This document shows, piece after piece, positions 19,100 to 29,050 of a DNA stretch of 64,000 bases (positions are counted from its first letter, which is position 1; every line of letters starts with the position of its first letter). The DNA comes from Thermodesulfovibrionales bacterium (GTDB lineage Bacteria > Nitrospirota > Thermodesulfovibrionia > Thermodesulfovibrionales > SM23-35). Under the pieces are notes generated by a model. It worked only from the letters and a program-made list of their open reading frames with translations. It did no database searches and was not told where the DNA came from. The stretch lies in the NCBI GenBank assembly GCA_963715195.1, contig CAVQRT010000031.1:192001-256000 (forward strand). Reading direction: 5' to 3'. The position numbers were made by a program, and so were the translations under genes.

Positions 19100-19750
19100 T
19101 TACAAAGGAGATATTCCATGTTTGATAGCATATCTTACAAGGCTGGGGATATCTTTAATCTCTAATTTCTGCATGACGCGGCTTTTATAGGTATCCACAG
19201 TTTTTGGAGAGATAAATAGAATATTAGAAATCTCTGTACTTGATTTTCCTTCGACGACGAGCTGGAGAATTTCTCTTTCGCGTTTACTAAGAGTTATTAT
19301 CTGGCTTTTTTCTTCAGGGTCCCCTCGCTGTTTTATATAGTCAGTGACTACTTTTTCAGAGATCTCTTGGCTGAGGTAATGTTGTCCTGCTTGCACCCTG
19401 CGTATTGCCTTTACCACTTCTTCACCCGCTGACTCTTTCAATATATAACCCTTTGCTCCTGCTTTTAATGCTTCAAAAATGTACTCTGAAGTATCGAGAA
19501 CAGAGAGTATAATAACGCTTGTAGATGGACAGTTCTCATTAATCTGAACAGTAGCATCAATGCCATTTAATTCAGGCATTGCTATATCCATAATTACTAT
19601 GTCAGGACATATTTTAGTAACTTCATGTACGGCCTGACGACCATTTGAAGCTTCACCTACTATGGAAATGTCTCCTTGCGATTCCAGAATTAAGCGCAAA
19701 CCATCCCTTATAATTGCGTGATCATCTACTAAAAATACACTTGTAGTCAT
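19100..19750 (-). CDS. NarL/FixJ-family response regulator
   Basis: LVDDH..IRDGL, IMDIAMP, LSKREREIL...ISPKTVDTY LuxR HTH. Confidence 0.95.
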   Translation of the reverse strand: MTTSVFLVDDHAIIRDGLRLILESQGDISIVGEASNGRQAVHEVTKICPDIVIMDIAMPELNGIDATVQINENCPSTSVIILSVLDTSEYIFEALKAGAKGYILKESAGEEVVKAIRRVQAGQHYLSQEISEKVVTDYIKQRGDPEEKSQIITLSKREREILQLVVEGKSSTEISNILFISPKTVDTYKSRVMQKLEIKDIPSLVRYAIKHGISPL

Positions 19751-19755
19751 TGATT

Positions 19756-22700
19756 TTATTTTTTAACCTCAACGATAACCCGTGTTCCTTTTCCCAATGA
19801 GGATTCCACACGGAGTATACCACCTATAGCTTCAACACGTTCTCTCATACCAAGGAGCCCTAATCCTTTTCTGTTAGCATTTGAAGGATCGAAACCAAGG
19901 CCATCATCAGTAATAGTAAGCCTGATTTTTTTTCCTGAATCTTCTAAGGTTATGGTGGCTTTGCTGGCATTAGCGTATTTGGATATATTGGTCAATGATT
20001 CCTGTACAATACGGAAGAGATTAGTCTCAACATCATGCGGTAAGCGTTGTTTAATTTTCCCTCCTTTAAATACTACAGGTATTTTAGTTCGCTGAGAAAA
20101 TCTTTCGCTAAACCAAAGTATTGAGGCCGCTAAGCCATAGTCATCGAGGATCTGTGGGCGGAGATAAGCAATTATATTCCTTATAAGTATCATAATTTTT
20201 TTTACGAGGGCTTTGGAGTCATATAGACTTGCAATTATAGTCGTTTCTGATTTCCCTGATAACTGCTCAAGCAAATAGTCCAAGTTGATACTCAGTGCTG
20301 TTAAAGGTTGCCCCACTTGGTCATGCAGCTCTCTAGTCAGCCCTCGCCGCTCTTCTTCTTGTATATTGGTAATGCGTAAAGAGAGAGCACGTAAATTTTC
20401 ATGGGATTTTTTTAGCGCTTCCTCTGCTTGTTTGCGTTTCGTTATATCGCGGTTACTGGCGCGCACCCCTATGAACATTTCTTGCTTATCGGTTACCGGT
20501 TGACATACATGATCAATCCAGCGTATCTCACCGTCTTTCCGCCTGATCCGAAATACTATACTTTGTGGACCCTGTACATTAAGAGTATCATGACGATGCT
20601 GTAACCAGATATCTTTATCCTCTGGCAATATAATTTCGGAAACAAGATTGGGGTTGTGGGCAAAGTGCTGAGGACTGAATCCAGTGATACGCTCACATGA
20701 TGGCGATATGTACTTCAGAAATCCATCAGGGGTCTCCCAATACTCCCAGTCATGGGTAAAGTCAGCTACTGTACGATAGCGAAGCTCTGCTTTGCGGATT
20801 TTCTCCTCTGCCCGCTTACGATCTGTAATATCGCGAACGATCCCTACAGAACACCACTTATTTTTTAATTTGAGAGCTGATGTAGAAACCTCTATAGGGA
20901 ACTCGGTACCATCTTTTCTGAGAGCAGAGAACTCTAATGTATTTCCAACCGCTATACCTTCACCTGTTTTTGCAAATCTTTTAAATCCTTTTTTGTATTC
21001 TTTGTGGAACCTCTTAGGTGCGAGGAGTAAATGTAAATCCTTGCCTAAAGCTGCTTCCCCTTTGTATCCAAACATTTTTTCTGCAGCAGGGTTCCAATAG
21101 GATACCGTTCCTTCACTATCTAATAAAAAAATTGCATCGATAGCTGTACTGGTAATTGCACGGAATTTTTCTTCACTCTCCTTTAATGCCTCCTCCGCTT
21201 GTTTGCGTTCAGTGATGTTCGTGTCTGCTCCTCTATATCCGAGGAGATTCCCTCCCGCATCAAGTATTGGAACGCCACTGGTTGAAAGCCATACTGTCTT
21301 GCCATTTTTGTGTATATTACTATTGACGTATTCACGAAAAGGTTGTTTTAAAGAAAAAGATTCGAGAGCTGCCTTCTTTAATGTTTCACGATTTTCCGGA
21401 TGGAAAAGATCATAAAAGTGTTTTTTGCCAATAATTTCGGATGCCCTGTAACCAAGTAATCTCTGAACTATCGGACTTGAGTAGGTGTACAAACCTTCCG
21501 CATTAACTTCCCAGATCCATTCCTCGGCATTTTCTGCTATTTGCTTGAAGCGTTCTTCACTGTCCCTCAGCTTATCCTCTGCCTGTTTGCGCTTAGTGAT
21601 GTCCTTGATAACTGCAAACACCATCTTTTGTCCATTGGAAGTAAAACTTGCGGCAGATATCTCAACAGGAAATACACTACCATTCTTTTTCCTGTGGTAT
21701 GCAAGAGGAATATTGACAATTTTGCCAGAAAGTACTTTTCGCAATAATTTTTCAAACAATGACGGATCTACTGAAATATGCTTTCGTTTCTTGTTGAGGA
21801 ATTCTTTATGAGTGTAACCATAAATACGTGAAGCAGCATTATTTGCATCAACAATATGTTGGGTTTTCACATTAGACACTATTATTGCGTCGGTTTCTGC
21901 AACGAATAACTGGCGATATTTTTTCTCGCTCTCCTTCAGTTTGTCTTGTATAAGATTACGTGCAGTTATATCTCTTGCAAAAGCCCAGTTATATTCATTG
22001 CCTTCAAATTCTACAAAATTTACTGTTATCTCCACTGGGAAAGTCTTCCCATATTTGGTTTTATGAAGCGATTCAAATGTAAAGGATTTTCGTTTCTTGA
22101 GATCTTGCCAATGATCTGACCATCTCTTTTTTGAAAACAGAGGATCGATATCATGGACAGTCATAGACAGTAGTTCATGTTGTGAATAGTCAAGAGTCTG
22201 ACAGGCTGCCTGATTAACGTAAATAAAGTGAGCATCTGATTTAATGCAAAAAGCGGAATCTGCAGCGTGATCTATACCAAATTGTATAAACCGCATTGTT
22301 TGTTCAGAATCATGGATTTCTTGTGCCGTTAGATTGACTACGTGTTTTAACTTGCTAATCAAATCAATATTGGATTTTTCATTTAACCTTATGTTTATGT
22401 CTCCTGAGGAAATCTTTCTTAATGCTTCAAATACCTGAGTTATCCCTATGGCTAACTCCATGCTTATTTCTCTTAATTCCTTATCTCTATCGGCAACAAT
22501 CTTTTTGTATTCTTTAAATTGGGTATTGATGACTCTAAAAGTATCTCTCAAAACCGTATCGCCCTTTAAAATAGTATTAATTCTCGACTTAAAGGGTCTG
22601 CAATTAAGACATATCTCCATCTTCTCCAAAAATCTTCCTTGAATTTGATTCCTACAAAGAGTTCCTGGCAATAACCAGCATCTATGATCTTCTGATTTAT

Positions 22701-22782
22701 ATGATGGGCATGTTTTCTCTTTACATTTGAAGAGTTCCCAGCATTTAATATCGCCTCTTTTTTTACGTTCCAATTTTTTCAC
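19756..22782 (-). CDS. Multi-PAS HisKA_3 sensor kinase with N-terminal Cys-rich 'two-CW' domain
   Basis: CWE..C..CP..CW..GT.C..C..C domain, five PAS/PAC repeats, RELHDQVGQ H-box, DDGLGF, GLGLLGMRER; start likely GTG 22782 or TTG 22773 rather than 22884. Confidence 0.9.
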   Translation of the reverse strand: MKKLERKKRGDIKCWELFKCKEKTCPSYKSEDHRCWLLPGTLCRNQIQGRFLEKMEICLNCRPFKSRINTILKGDTVLRDTFRVINTQFKEYKKIVADRDKELREISMELAIGITQVFEALRKISSGDINIRLNEKSNIDLISKLKHVVNLTAQEIHDSEQTMRFIQFGIDHAADSAFCIKSDAHFIYVNQAACQTLDYSQHELLSMTVHDIDPLFSKKRWSDHWQDLKKRKSFTFESLHKTKYGKTFPVEITVNFVEFEGNEYNWAFARDITARNLIQDKLKESEKKYRQLFVAETDAIIVSNVKTQHIVDANNAASRIYGYTHKEFLNKKRKHISVDPSLFEKLLRKVLSGKIVNIPLAYHRKKNGSVFPVEISAASFTSNGQKMVFAVIKDITKRKQAEDKLRDSEERFKQIAENAEEWIWEVNAEGLYTYSSPIVQRLLGYRASEIIGKKHFYDLFHPENRETLKKAALESFSLKQPFREYVNSNIHKNGKTVWLSTSGVPILDAGGNLLGYRGADTNITERKQAEEALKESEEKFRAITSTAIDAIFLLDSEGTVSYWNPAAEKMFGYKGEAALGKDLHLLLAPKRFHKEYKKGFKRFAKTGEGIAVGNTLEFSALRKDGTEFPIEVSTSALKLKNKWCSVGIVRDITDRKRAEEKIRKAELRYRTVADFTHDWEYWETPDGFLKYISPSCERITGFSPQHFAHNPNLVSEIILPEDKDIWLQHRHDTLNVQGPQSIVFRIRRKDGEIRWIDHVCQPVTDKQEMFIGVRASNRDITKRKQAEEALKKSHENLRALSLRITNIQEEERRGLTRELHDQVGQPLTALSINLDYLLEQLSGKSETTIIASLYDSKALVKKIMILIRNIIAYLRPQILDDYGLAASILWFSERFSQRTKIPVVFKGGKIKQRLPHDVETNLFRIVQESLTNISKYANASKATITLEDSGKKIRLTITDDGLGFDPSNANRKGLGLLGMRERVEAIGGILRVESSLGKGTRVIVEVKK

Positions 22783-22846
22783 GCCTTTTTCTCTGACTTT
22801 TGAACTCGGTATTCCTTGAGATTTTACCACAAGGCCTACATTAAAA

Positions 22847-22877
22847 CCTCTCCTTATGGAAGAGGTTAGGTGAGGGG
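22847..22877. repeat. Palindromic repeat family B, degenerate
   Basis: CCTCTCCTTATGGAAGAGGTTAGGTGAGGGG resembles the reverse complement of 9931-9966. Confidence 0.6.
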
Positions 22878-23039
22878 AATTCATTGAAGTCCCATACCAG
22901 TAAAATACTATTCTTTTTTGCGGTAAGATCTTTTTTCCCAGATATCTCTTTCTCCCGTCTTAGGTTATACAGTAGGATTTTTATATGATTCCCCACTCTT
23001 GTGGTAATTGCAGAGGTAATTGACCTAACAATTCTATTT

Positions 23040-23148
23040 AAACATCCTTTGTTTTCAAATTTCAAACAAAAATAGTTTTTAAATAGTCGTTCTCAACAAA
23101 GGGGCATTTGAAACACAATTAGTTTTTATAATAAAACATATTTTGTTT
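23040..23148. promoter_or_regulatory. Operator array, 4x AAACA-N5-(T/A)GTTT
   Basis: Sites at 23040, 23064, 23111 and 23134 (two pairs spaced 24 and 23 bp). Confidence 0.65.
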
Positions 23149-23330
23149 ATTTGTTTTGTAATAAGCACTTTTATTAAATATGGAAGTCTTTTTAAAAAAA
23201 CCAATATTGCTGTAAAAATATTTCTAACGTATTGATATAAATAGATATATATACATTAATAGAAATTTTTCTTAACCATATCCTTCTTTACATGTCGATC
23301 TATTAATAATTTTAATAGTTTTATTTTCGC

Positions 23331-23359
23331 TTGACAAAGAAACAAATATTGTTTATGAT
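23331..23359 (+). promoter_or_regulatory. sigma70 promoter with operator in the spacer
   Basis: TTGACA-17-TATGAT; AAACAAATATTGTTT at 23340-23354; AAAGGAGGTGA RBS downstream. Confidence 0.85.
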
Positions 23360-23419
23360 GAAACTAATAAAAAAGAATCTTTAATCTAACTTTAATCTAA
23401 AGAAAGGAGGTGATATTAG

Positions 23420-23704
23420 ATGAAAAGGGAAAATACATGGTTTGTTTTCGGGCTAGCGCTAATTGTGGGGGTGTTTGCTATTGTGCTATTCAAAGGGCCA
23501 ACGACAGAATTGACCGAAACAGCATTGATTGAAAGCCAGCAGCATTACGAGGAGGCACAGAAGGCTTACGATTCTGGTAATCTTGAGTTAGCATTGGCAC
23601 ATTTGGAGTCGATAAACGAGAGGACGCCTGCCTGGTATGAAAGTCGGGATTTTCATTGGCAAATTAAAGCGGAAATAAACACATATGCGAGAGCACGAGA
23701 ATGA
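23420..23704 (+). CDS. Membrane-anchored small protein with TPR-like helical domain
   Basis: N-terminal TM, then HYEEAQKAYDSGNLELALAHLESI; strong RBS; paralogous to the C-terminus of the next gene. Confidence 0.8.
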   Translation: MKRENTWFVFGLALIVGVFAIVLFKGPTTELTETALIESQQHYEEAQKAYDSGNLELALAHLESINERTPAWYESRDFHWQIKAEINTYARARE

Positions 23705-24276
23705 TTGGTATGCAAAAGTTAAGCAGAATAGTAAAAAACAGTATTGTTAATAAGGGGATGGACATGACGCTAGAAAAATGGCTTGAGGCCCATAGTATAT
23801 CCATGATAGACTTCGAGGGTATGTCTGGGGTTCCTTATCAGAGAATTTCAGAGCACATAAGGTTAAATAAGCCTCTATCTGAAAAACATGTCATTAAGGT
23901 ATTACAGACAACAAAATGTGATGTGTCCCCTGACATGTTAAGGCCAAGCCTCAAGCCTATTTTTCAACTTATAAACACCAAAAAATGGGTTTTAGTGCGA
24001 AGAACAACTGCATTTGCTTTATCGCTGGCGATTGTGCTTGTGACATTCGCTGCTATAATATTCCAATCACCTGCTGATTTTTCCGATTCTGTGCTAGTCG
24101 AAAGTCAGCGTCACTACGAAGAGGCCAAGAATGCCTTCAGCAATAATGACCTCGAGTTTGCATTGTCGCATCTTGAGGCGATAGAAAAGAAGACCCCCGT
24201 CTGGTACGAGAGTAGAGAGCTTCACTGGCAAGTTAAAGAGGAGTTGAACACGTATGCGCGGAAAGAGAGCAAATAA
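23701..24276 (+). CDS. Cro/YdaS-like HTH - TM - TPR-like domain protein (putative membrane-tethered regulator)
   Basis: MTLEKWLEAHSIS..F...SGVPYQRISEHI...VSPDMLRP, central TM, C-terminal domain like 23420-23704; start may be 23758 or 23764. Confidence 0.7.
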   Translation: MIGMQKLSRIVKNSIVNKGMDMTLEKWLEAHSISMIDFEGMSGVPYQRISEHIRLNKPLSEKHVIKVLQTTKCDVSPDMLRPSLKPIFQLINTKKWVLVRRTTAFALSLAIVLVTFAAIIFQSPADFSDSVLVESQRHYEEAKNAFSNNDLEFALSHLEAIEKKTPVWYESRELHWQVKEELNTYARKESK

Positions 24277-24451
24277 ATGTTTTAAATTAAGTAGCGTAGA
24301 TATAGTGATAGAAGAAGTTCGAAGGTGGCAATAGTAATGTCAATATTGTATTTATACGATTTTATAACATTTATTGGTGGGCTCGAAAGAAGAAAGATTA
24401 CTTTGACGCAAATATACTTGTGAAAAAAAAGCGCATTAAAAGGAATTCATC

Positions 24452-24661
24452 ATGAAAAATATACTATTTATTATAATCTGTGTATTTCTCTTTTTTTTAT
24501 TGGGCATCGAATTTCTAATCCATAAACATCTTTATTTTTCGTGGGAAAAGTGGCCAGGTTTTTATGCTGCTTTCGGATTTGTAGCCTTTGTGGTACTCAT
24601 TATGACAGCAAAATATATACTGCGGCCAATCATAAAAAGAAAAGAAAATTATTATGATTAA
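24452..24661 (+). CDS. Small 2-TM Mrp-associated protein (paralog of 35559-35801)
   Basis: WEKWPGFYAAFGFVA...AKYILRP..KRKENYYD. Confidence 0.8.
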   Translation: MKNILFIIICVFLFFLLGIEFLIHKHLYFSWEKWPGFYAAFGFVAFVVLIMTAKYILRPIIKRKENYYD

Positions 24662-26482
24662 TACGGCACCCCCAGCCGTTTTATTTGTCCTTGGGGCTCT
24701 CTTCATACCATTTTTAAAGGGAAAAACAAAAAATATATATCTCTTGTTGTTGCCCATTATTGGTTTTATTAACCTGATAAATATTCCTGAAGGAACACAC
24801 TGGGTTGTCAGGTTTCTTGATTATGAGCTTGTCTTTGGTAAGGTTGACAGACTTAGTCTTTTTTTTGGATATATATATCATCTAATTACTTTTCTAATTT
24901 TTCTTTATGCCATACATTTAAAGGATAATGCACAGCATGTGGCAGGTTTTATTTATGCAGGAAGCTCTTTAGGAGTTGTCTTTGCTGGTGATTTCCTTTC
25001 TCTATTTCTCTTCTGGGAAATGATGACTTTTAGTGCTGTCATTTTGGTCTGGTCAAACAGAACCAAGAAATCTATAGCTGCAGGATTCAGATATCTTCTT
25101 GGTTCATGTCACCGGAGGTCTTTGCCTTCTGGCGGGTATTATTCTTTATGTAATTGAAACTGGTTCTACTGAGTTTGGCTACATAGGATTAAAAGGATTA
25201 GCGACGTTTCTTATTTTTATTGGATTTGGTATCAATTGTGCTTGGCCAGGCCTCCATATCGTGGCTTCCTGATGCTTACCCGGAGTCAACAATAACAGGT
25301 GCTATATTCATGTGGACTTTTACAACAAAGACTGCTGTCTATGTCCTGGCAAGAGGTTTTCCGGGTACTGAAGCTCTGATATGGATTGGGGCAATCATGA
25401 CGGTATTCCCAATATTTTTTGCTGTCATCGAAAATAATCTAAGGAGAGTTCTTTCCTATAGTCTAATTAACCAGGTTGGATACATGGTCTGTGGCATTGG
25501 AATAGGGACACAGCTTTCTATCAATGGCACCGTGTCCCATGTCTTCTGCCATATCTTGTATAAGGGCCTTCTCGTTATGTCTATGGGTGCTGTCATGTAT
25601 CGGACAGGGAAAATAAATTGCACAGATCTGGGGGGACTTTATAAGAGTATGCCATTGACAGCCATTTTCTGTATAGTTGGTGCTGCATCCATCTCTGCAT
25701 TTCCACTATTCAGTGGGTTTATCTGTAAGTCAATGGTCGTTGAAGCATCTGCATTGGGAGGTATGAGTATCATATGGTTTTTACTCATGTTTGCATCAGT
25801 AGGTGTATTGGAACATGCAGGTATCAAAGTGCCTTATTATGCCTTTTTCTCCCATGACTCTGGCATACGAACAAAAGAAGCCCCTCTGAACATGCTTATT
25901 GCTATGGGAATAGCTGCCTTTTTATGTATTTTCATTGGTGTATTTCCGGGACCATTATACAGTCTTCTCCCATATCCTGTAGACTTCGATCCCTATACAC
26001 CTTTCCACATAGTAAGCATGAGTCAATTACTTTTCTTTGGTGCATTTGCCTACCTACTACTTGTGCTCTCGGGTATCTTTCCAGCTGAAATAAGGGCTCT
26101 TAATCTTGATTTTGATTGGTTCTACAGAAAAGGAGCATTGGTCTTTAAGTGGTGCTATGAGGGTCTAAATGACTTTAGGATCAAAGTACAAGTCTTACTA
26201 TCCAAATTCGTAGATGGAACCGCGAAGCATGGGCTTGATCCACTTTACATTCCTATGCTGGGAACAAGCTATATAAAGCTGAAGATTGTACAGACGTTTT
26301 TTAAGAAAAAAACCAAAGAATATGAGTTTAAGTTCAAGCAACTACGGGAGTTAGGAGAGGACAGCATGACTTATACCGCAGATGTACCGCGAAAACCTAT
26401 GGGTTTCGGTATTCTTCTGGCCCTTGCACTAATGTTTCTTTATCTGCTGGTATATCTAATATTTTATTTGCCGAAAAAATGA
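24654..26482 (+). pseudogene. mrpD: MrpD/NuoL-like antiporter subunit, orphan paralog of 33728-35566; two +1 frameshifts (possibly assembly errors)
   Basis: Fragments 24654-25157 and 25220-26482 join by removing single G insertions near 25101 and 25261; WLPDAYPE and HAGIK motifs. Confidence 0.8.
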
Positions 26483-26489
26483 TGAGGAA

Positions 26490-26649
26490 TTACTCGCTGC
26501 TCATGATGGCAACCGTTGGGTTGTAGCTGCGGTGAAGTACTGTTGAGCTCACCCCTCCTAATATAAGATCTTTTAGAGCGGTGCGTCCTTTACGAACCAT
26601 AATAATGAGATTGTAATCTTCTTCCGCTTCCTTAAGAATCTCCTCGGCT
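26490..26649 (-). pseudogene. 3' remnant of universal stress protein gene
   Basis: 26530-26649 is almost identical to 32782-32901; the stop at 26490 is collinear with 32742. Confidence 0.9.
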
Positions 26650-26819
26650 TACCGTATGGCTAACTCGGGGATAAGAATCGGATTTCCACTTACTTTTGCA
26701 ACAGCATTTACCACTCTTGATAAGGAATTTTGTACGCTAAACCTGACACTATTCAGAGGAACATCGCAAAACCAAAGAAATCCAGTACCTGCTTTCCTGT
26801 AAGACCAGTCAGCATTAAG
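26650..26819 (-). pseudogene. Internal remnant of mrpD-like gene
   Basis: Ungapped 170-bp match to 33948-34117. Confidence 0.9.
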
Positions 26820-26842
26820 TTTTTCTCATAATCTCCGACTGA

Positions 26843-26928
26843 GTCATTCCGGCTCTTGTCCGGAATCTGTCTTTATTTTAGGTAGAATTCCCGACGGCCC
26901 CGTATCAAGTACGGGGTTGCGGGAATGA
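26843..26928. repeat. Palindromic repeat family A with nested CCCCGTATCAAGTACGGGG hairpin
   Basis: GTCATTCCGGCTCTTGTCCGGAATC...ATTCCCGAC...GCGGGAATGA beside a deletion junction. Confidence 0.75.
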
Positions 26929-26982
26929 AGTTCTTAGAGAGACACCCTATTTTGAGGGTTCTTACAATTATCCTTTCTTTTT

Positions 26983-28500
26983 TTATTTCAACGTAACCGG
27001 CATTCCCATAAGAGGCCACAGAATCGCTGCCGCAAAACCTATTACTGCCATTAAGATAATGCTTGTGGGAATTCCGGCAAGGAAAAATTCTCCTGCAGTA
27101 AATTGCTTAGATTCATATGCAATTGCATTTGGAGCAGCACCAACGAGAAGAATGAACGGCATGCCTGCTGCAACGAGCGAAGCGTATAAGACTACTTCGG
27201 GAGCTACACCAAGATAAGGAGCGATAACAAGTGCAACCGGCATCGAAATAGCAATCGCGGCAACGTTCATAATGAAGTTGGTCATGATCAAGACGAAGAA
27301 GGCGATAGCAAGAACGAAAATGAACCAATTTGCCTTCTGGAACATAACAAGCCAATTGATAGCCATCCATTTTGCGGCCCCGGTTTCCCAGAGACAGAAG
27401 CCGATGCTCATAGCCCCTCCAAAAAGGAGAATGATATTCCAGGGGATTTCTTCCAGGTCTTTGATGGTGAGAATCTTGGTCAGGAAGAATACTAAGGTGC
27501 CAACAAGAACAATCGCGGATTTATTAAACTCTTTCAGTGCCGGGATAAAAGACTGCAGTGAGAGAAAGACGATTATTGATAAAACCACAAACCCCGAAAA
27601 AAGCTCTTTCCCTGTTATTGCCCCTAAATCTTTATAAAGCTGTATTGATTTTTCTCGGAGTCCAGGAATAGTCTTCTTTTCGGGCTTGAACCATACGAGC
27701 ATGAAGAACCACAAAATGAATGTCATAGCCCAACCCACTGGAAACATATATTTTGAAAGCTCGAAGAAGGTGACATTCTTGTGAGCGATTTCATTGAAGA
27801 ACCCTATCGCTACAGCGCCGCGCGCAGCACCCAATAGGGTAATAATACTGCCGGCACCTGCGACGTATGCCATACCGATAAATAGCCCTTTGCCAAATTT
27901 TGTTGGCTTATCCCCCTCCCCATACAGTGAATAAATGGCGAGAAGGAGAGGATATACGGTTGCTGCAACTGCTGTGTGGGCCATAAGATGGGTAAGGATA
28001 GTTGTTAATACAAAACAGCCAAGATATATCATGCTCGTTCTTTCACCCAAGATGGAGAGCATTTTGTAAGCTAGGCGTTTTGTAAGTCCTGTTTTCGTGA
28101 ATACCAATCCGATGATGATGGACCCAAAGATAAACCAGACCGATGGATCAAAGAAGCTTCTGAAAGCTTCCTTTGCCGGCCGAATGAAAAAAAGGGCCTG
28201 AAATACGCCGATGGCGATGCTGGTGACACCAATGGGTACGACTTCAAAAACCCACCACGTGCCTGCAAGGAGAAAAAGGGCTACCGCCCCTTTCCCCTCC
28301 TTCGAAAGCGGGAAATGCTCTCCGAGTGGGTCAACAGCATCTGGTAATGGCTGCATGTAGTAAAAAACAAAAAAGAAGGTTAATCCCAAGAATATAAAGA
28401 TTAGTCTTCTTATATTGAGTTTCGGCTTTGCTTCTGCCACTACTATCTCAGGTGGCGGCTCAGGTAGCCCTTCTGTTTTCTTTATCTCTTTGTCTGACAT
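26983..28500 (-). CDS. SLC13/DASS anion:sodium symporter (copy 2)
   Basis: WWVFEVVPIGVTS, HLMAHTAVAA, TNFIMNVAA, GAAPNAIAY; many TMs. Confidence 0.92.
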   Translation of the reverse strand: MSDKEIKKTEGLPEPPPEIVVAEAKPKLNIRRLIFIFLGLTFFFVFYYMQPLPDAVDPLGEHFPLSKEGKGAVALFLLAGTWWVFEVVPIGVTSIAIGVFQALFFIRPAKEAFRSFFDPSVWFIFGSIIIGLVFTKTGLTKRLAYKMLSILGERTSMIYLGCFVLTTILTHLMAHTAVAATVYPLLLAIYSLYGEGDKPTKFGKGLFIGMAYVAGAGSIITLLGAARGAVAIGFFNEIAHKNVTFFELSKYMFPVGWAMTFILWFFMLVWFKPEKKTIPGLREKSIQLYKDLGAITGKELFSGFVVLSIIVFLSLQSFIPALKEFNKSAIVLVGTLVFFLTKILTIKDLEEIPWNIILLFGGAMSIGFCLWETGAAKWMAINWLVMFQKANWFIFVLAIAFFVLIMTNFIMNVAAIAISMPVALVIAPYLGVAPEVVLYASLVAAGMPFILLVGAAPNAIAYESKQFTAGEFFLAGIPTSIILMAVIGFAAAILWPLMGMPVTLK

Positions 28501-28518
28501 GTTTCCCTCCTTTATTCC

Positions 28519-29035
28519 TTATAAAATTGCATTCGAGATTTCATCGAAAACTTCGATCATCCTGACGAGACCGACAAATTTCTTTCTGCCTTCCAGGACG
28601 GGCAGCAGGATCAGATCATGATGGAGCATCAGATATGCCGCCTTGGTTATAGGGTCGGTTGGTTCAACGAAGTAATGTGCAGGCACCATGATGTCGCTCA
28701 CCGGTTTTTCAGCAAGGGCTTTTGAACTCTTGTCGAAGAGCGTGTCCCAGATCAGTGACAGTGTGGATTCGTCTTCCTCTGAGTCCCTGTGCTTTCTCAC
28801 TTGCCTTCAGAAACCTGGGTTCCATCCCCCTGAGGATGTCCTTGAGCGTGATTGTGCCCATGAGGTTATACTTTTCATCGAAAACGAGGACAGCGAGGGG
28901 GTCCGGATACTTCTTGGCACTGATAAAAGAGGCCTTTACGATCTTGATGGCCTGATTTATCGTAAACCAGTACGGCACATGAGGATACTCAAAGATGCCG
29001 ATCATCACGTCTTTTACGACTTTGCTGTCTGACAT
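28519..29035 (-). pseudogene. CBS-domain protein (copy 2), one +1 frameshift
   Basis: Removing one base near 28781 gives KAQGLEEDESTL, collinear with KAQVPEENESHL of 43925-44446. Confidence 0.85.
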
Positions 29036-29050
29036 AGTCCCTCCTTATGG

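Noticed and set aside
22783..22884. N-terminal extension of the kinase in the ORF track
   Set aside because: Runs through a palindromic repeat; a later GTG/TTG start sits just before the first domain
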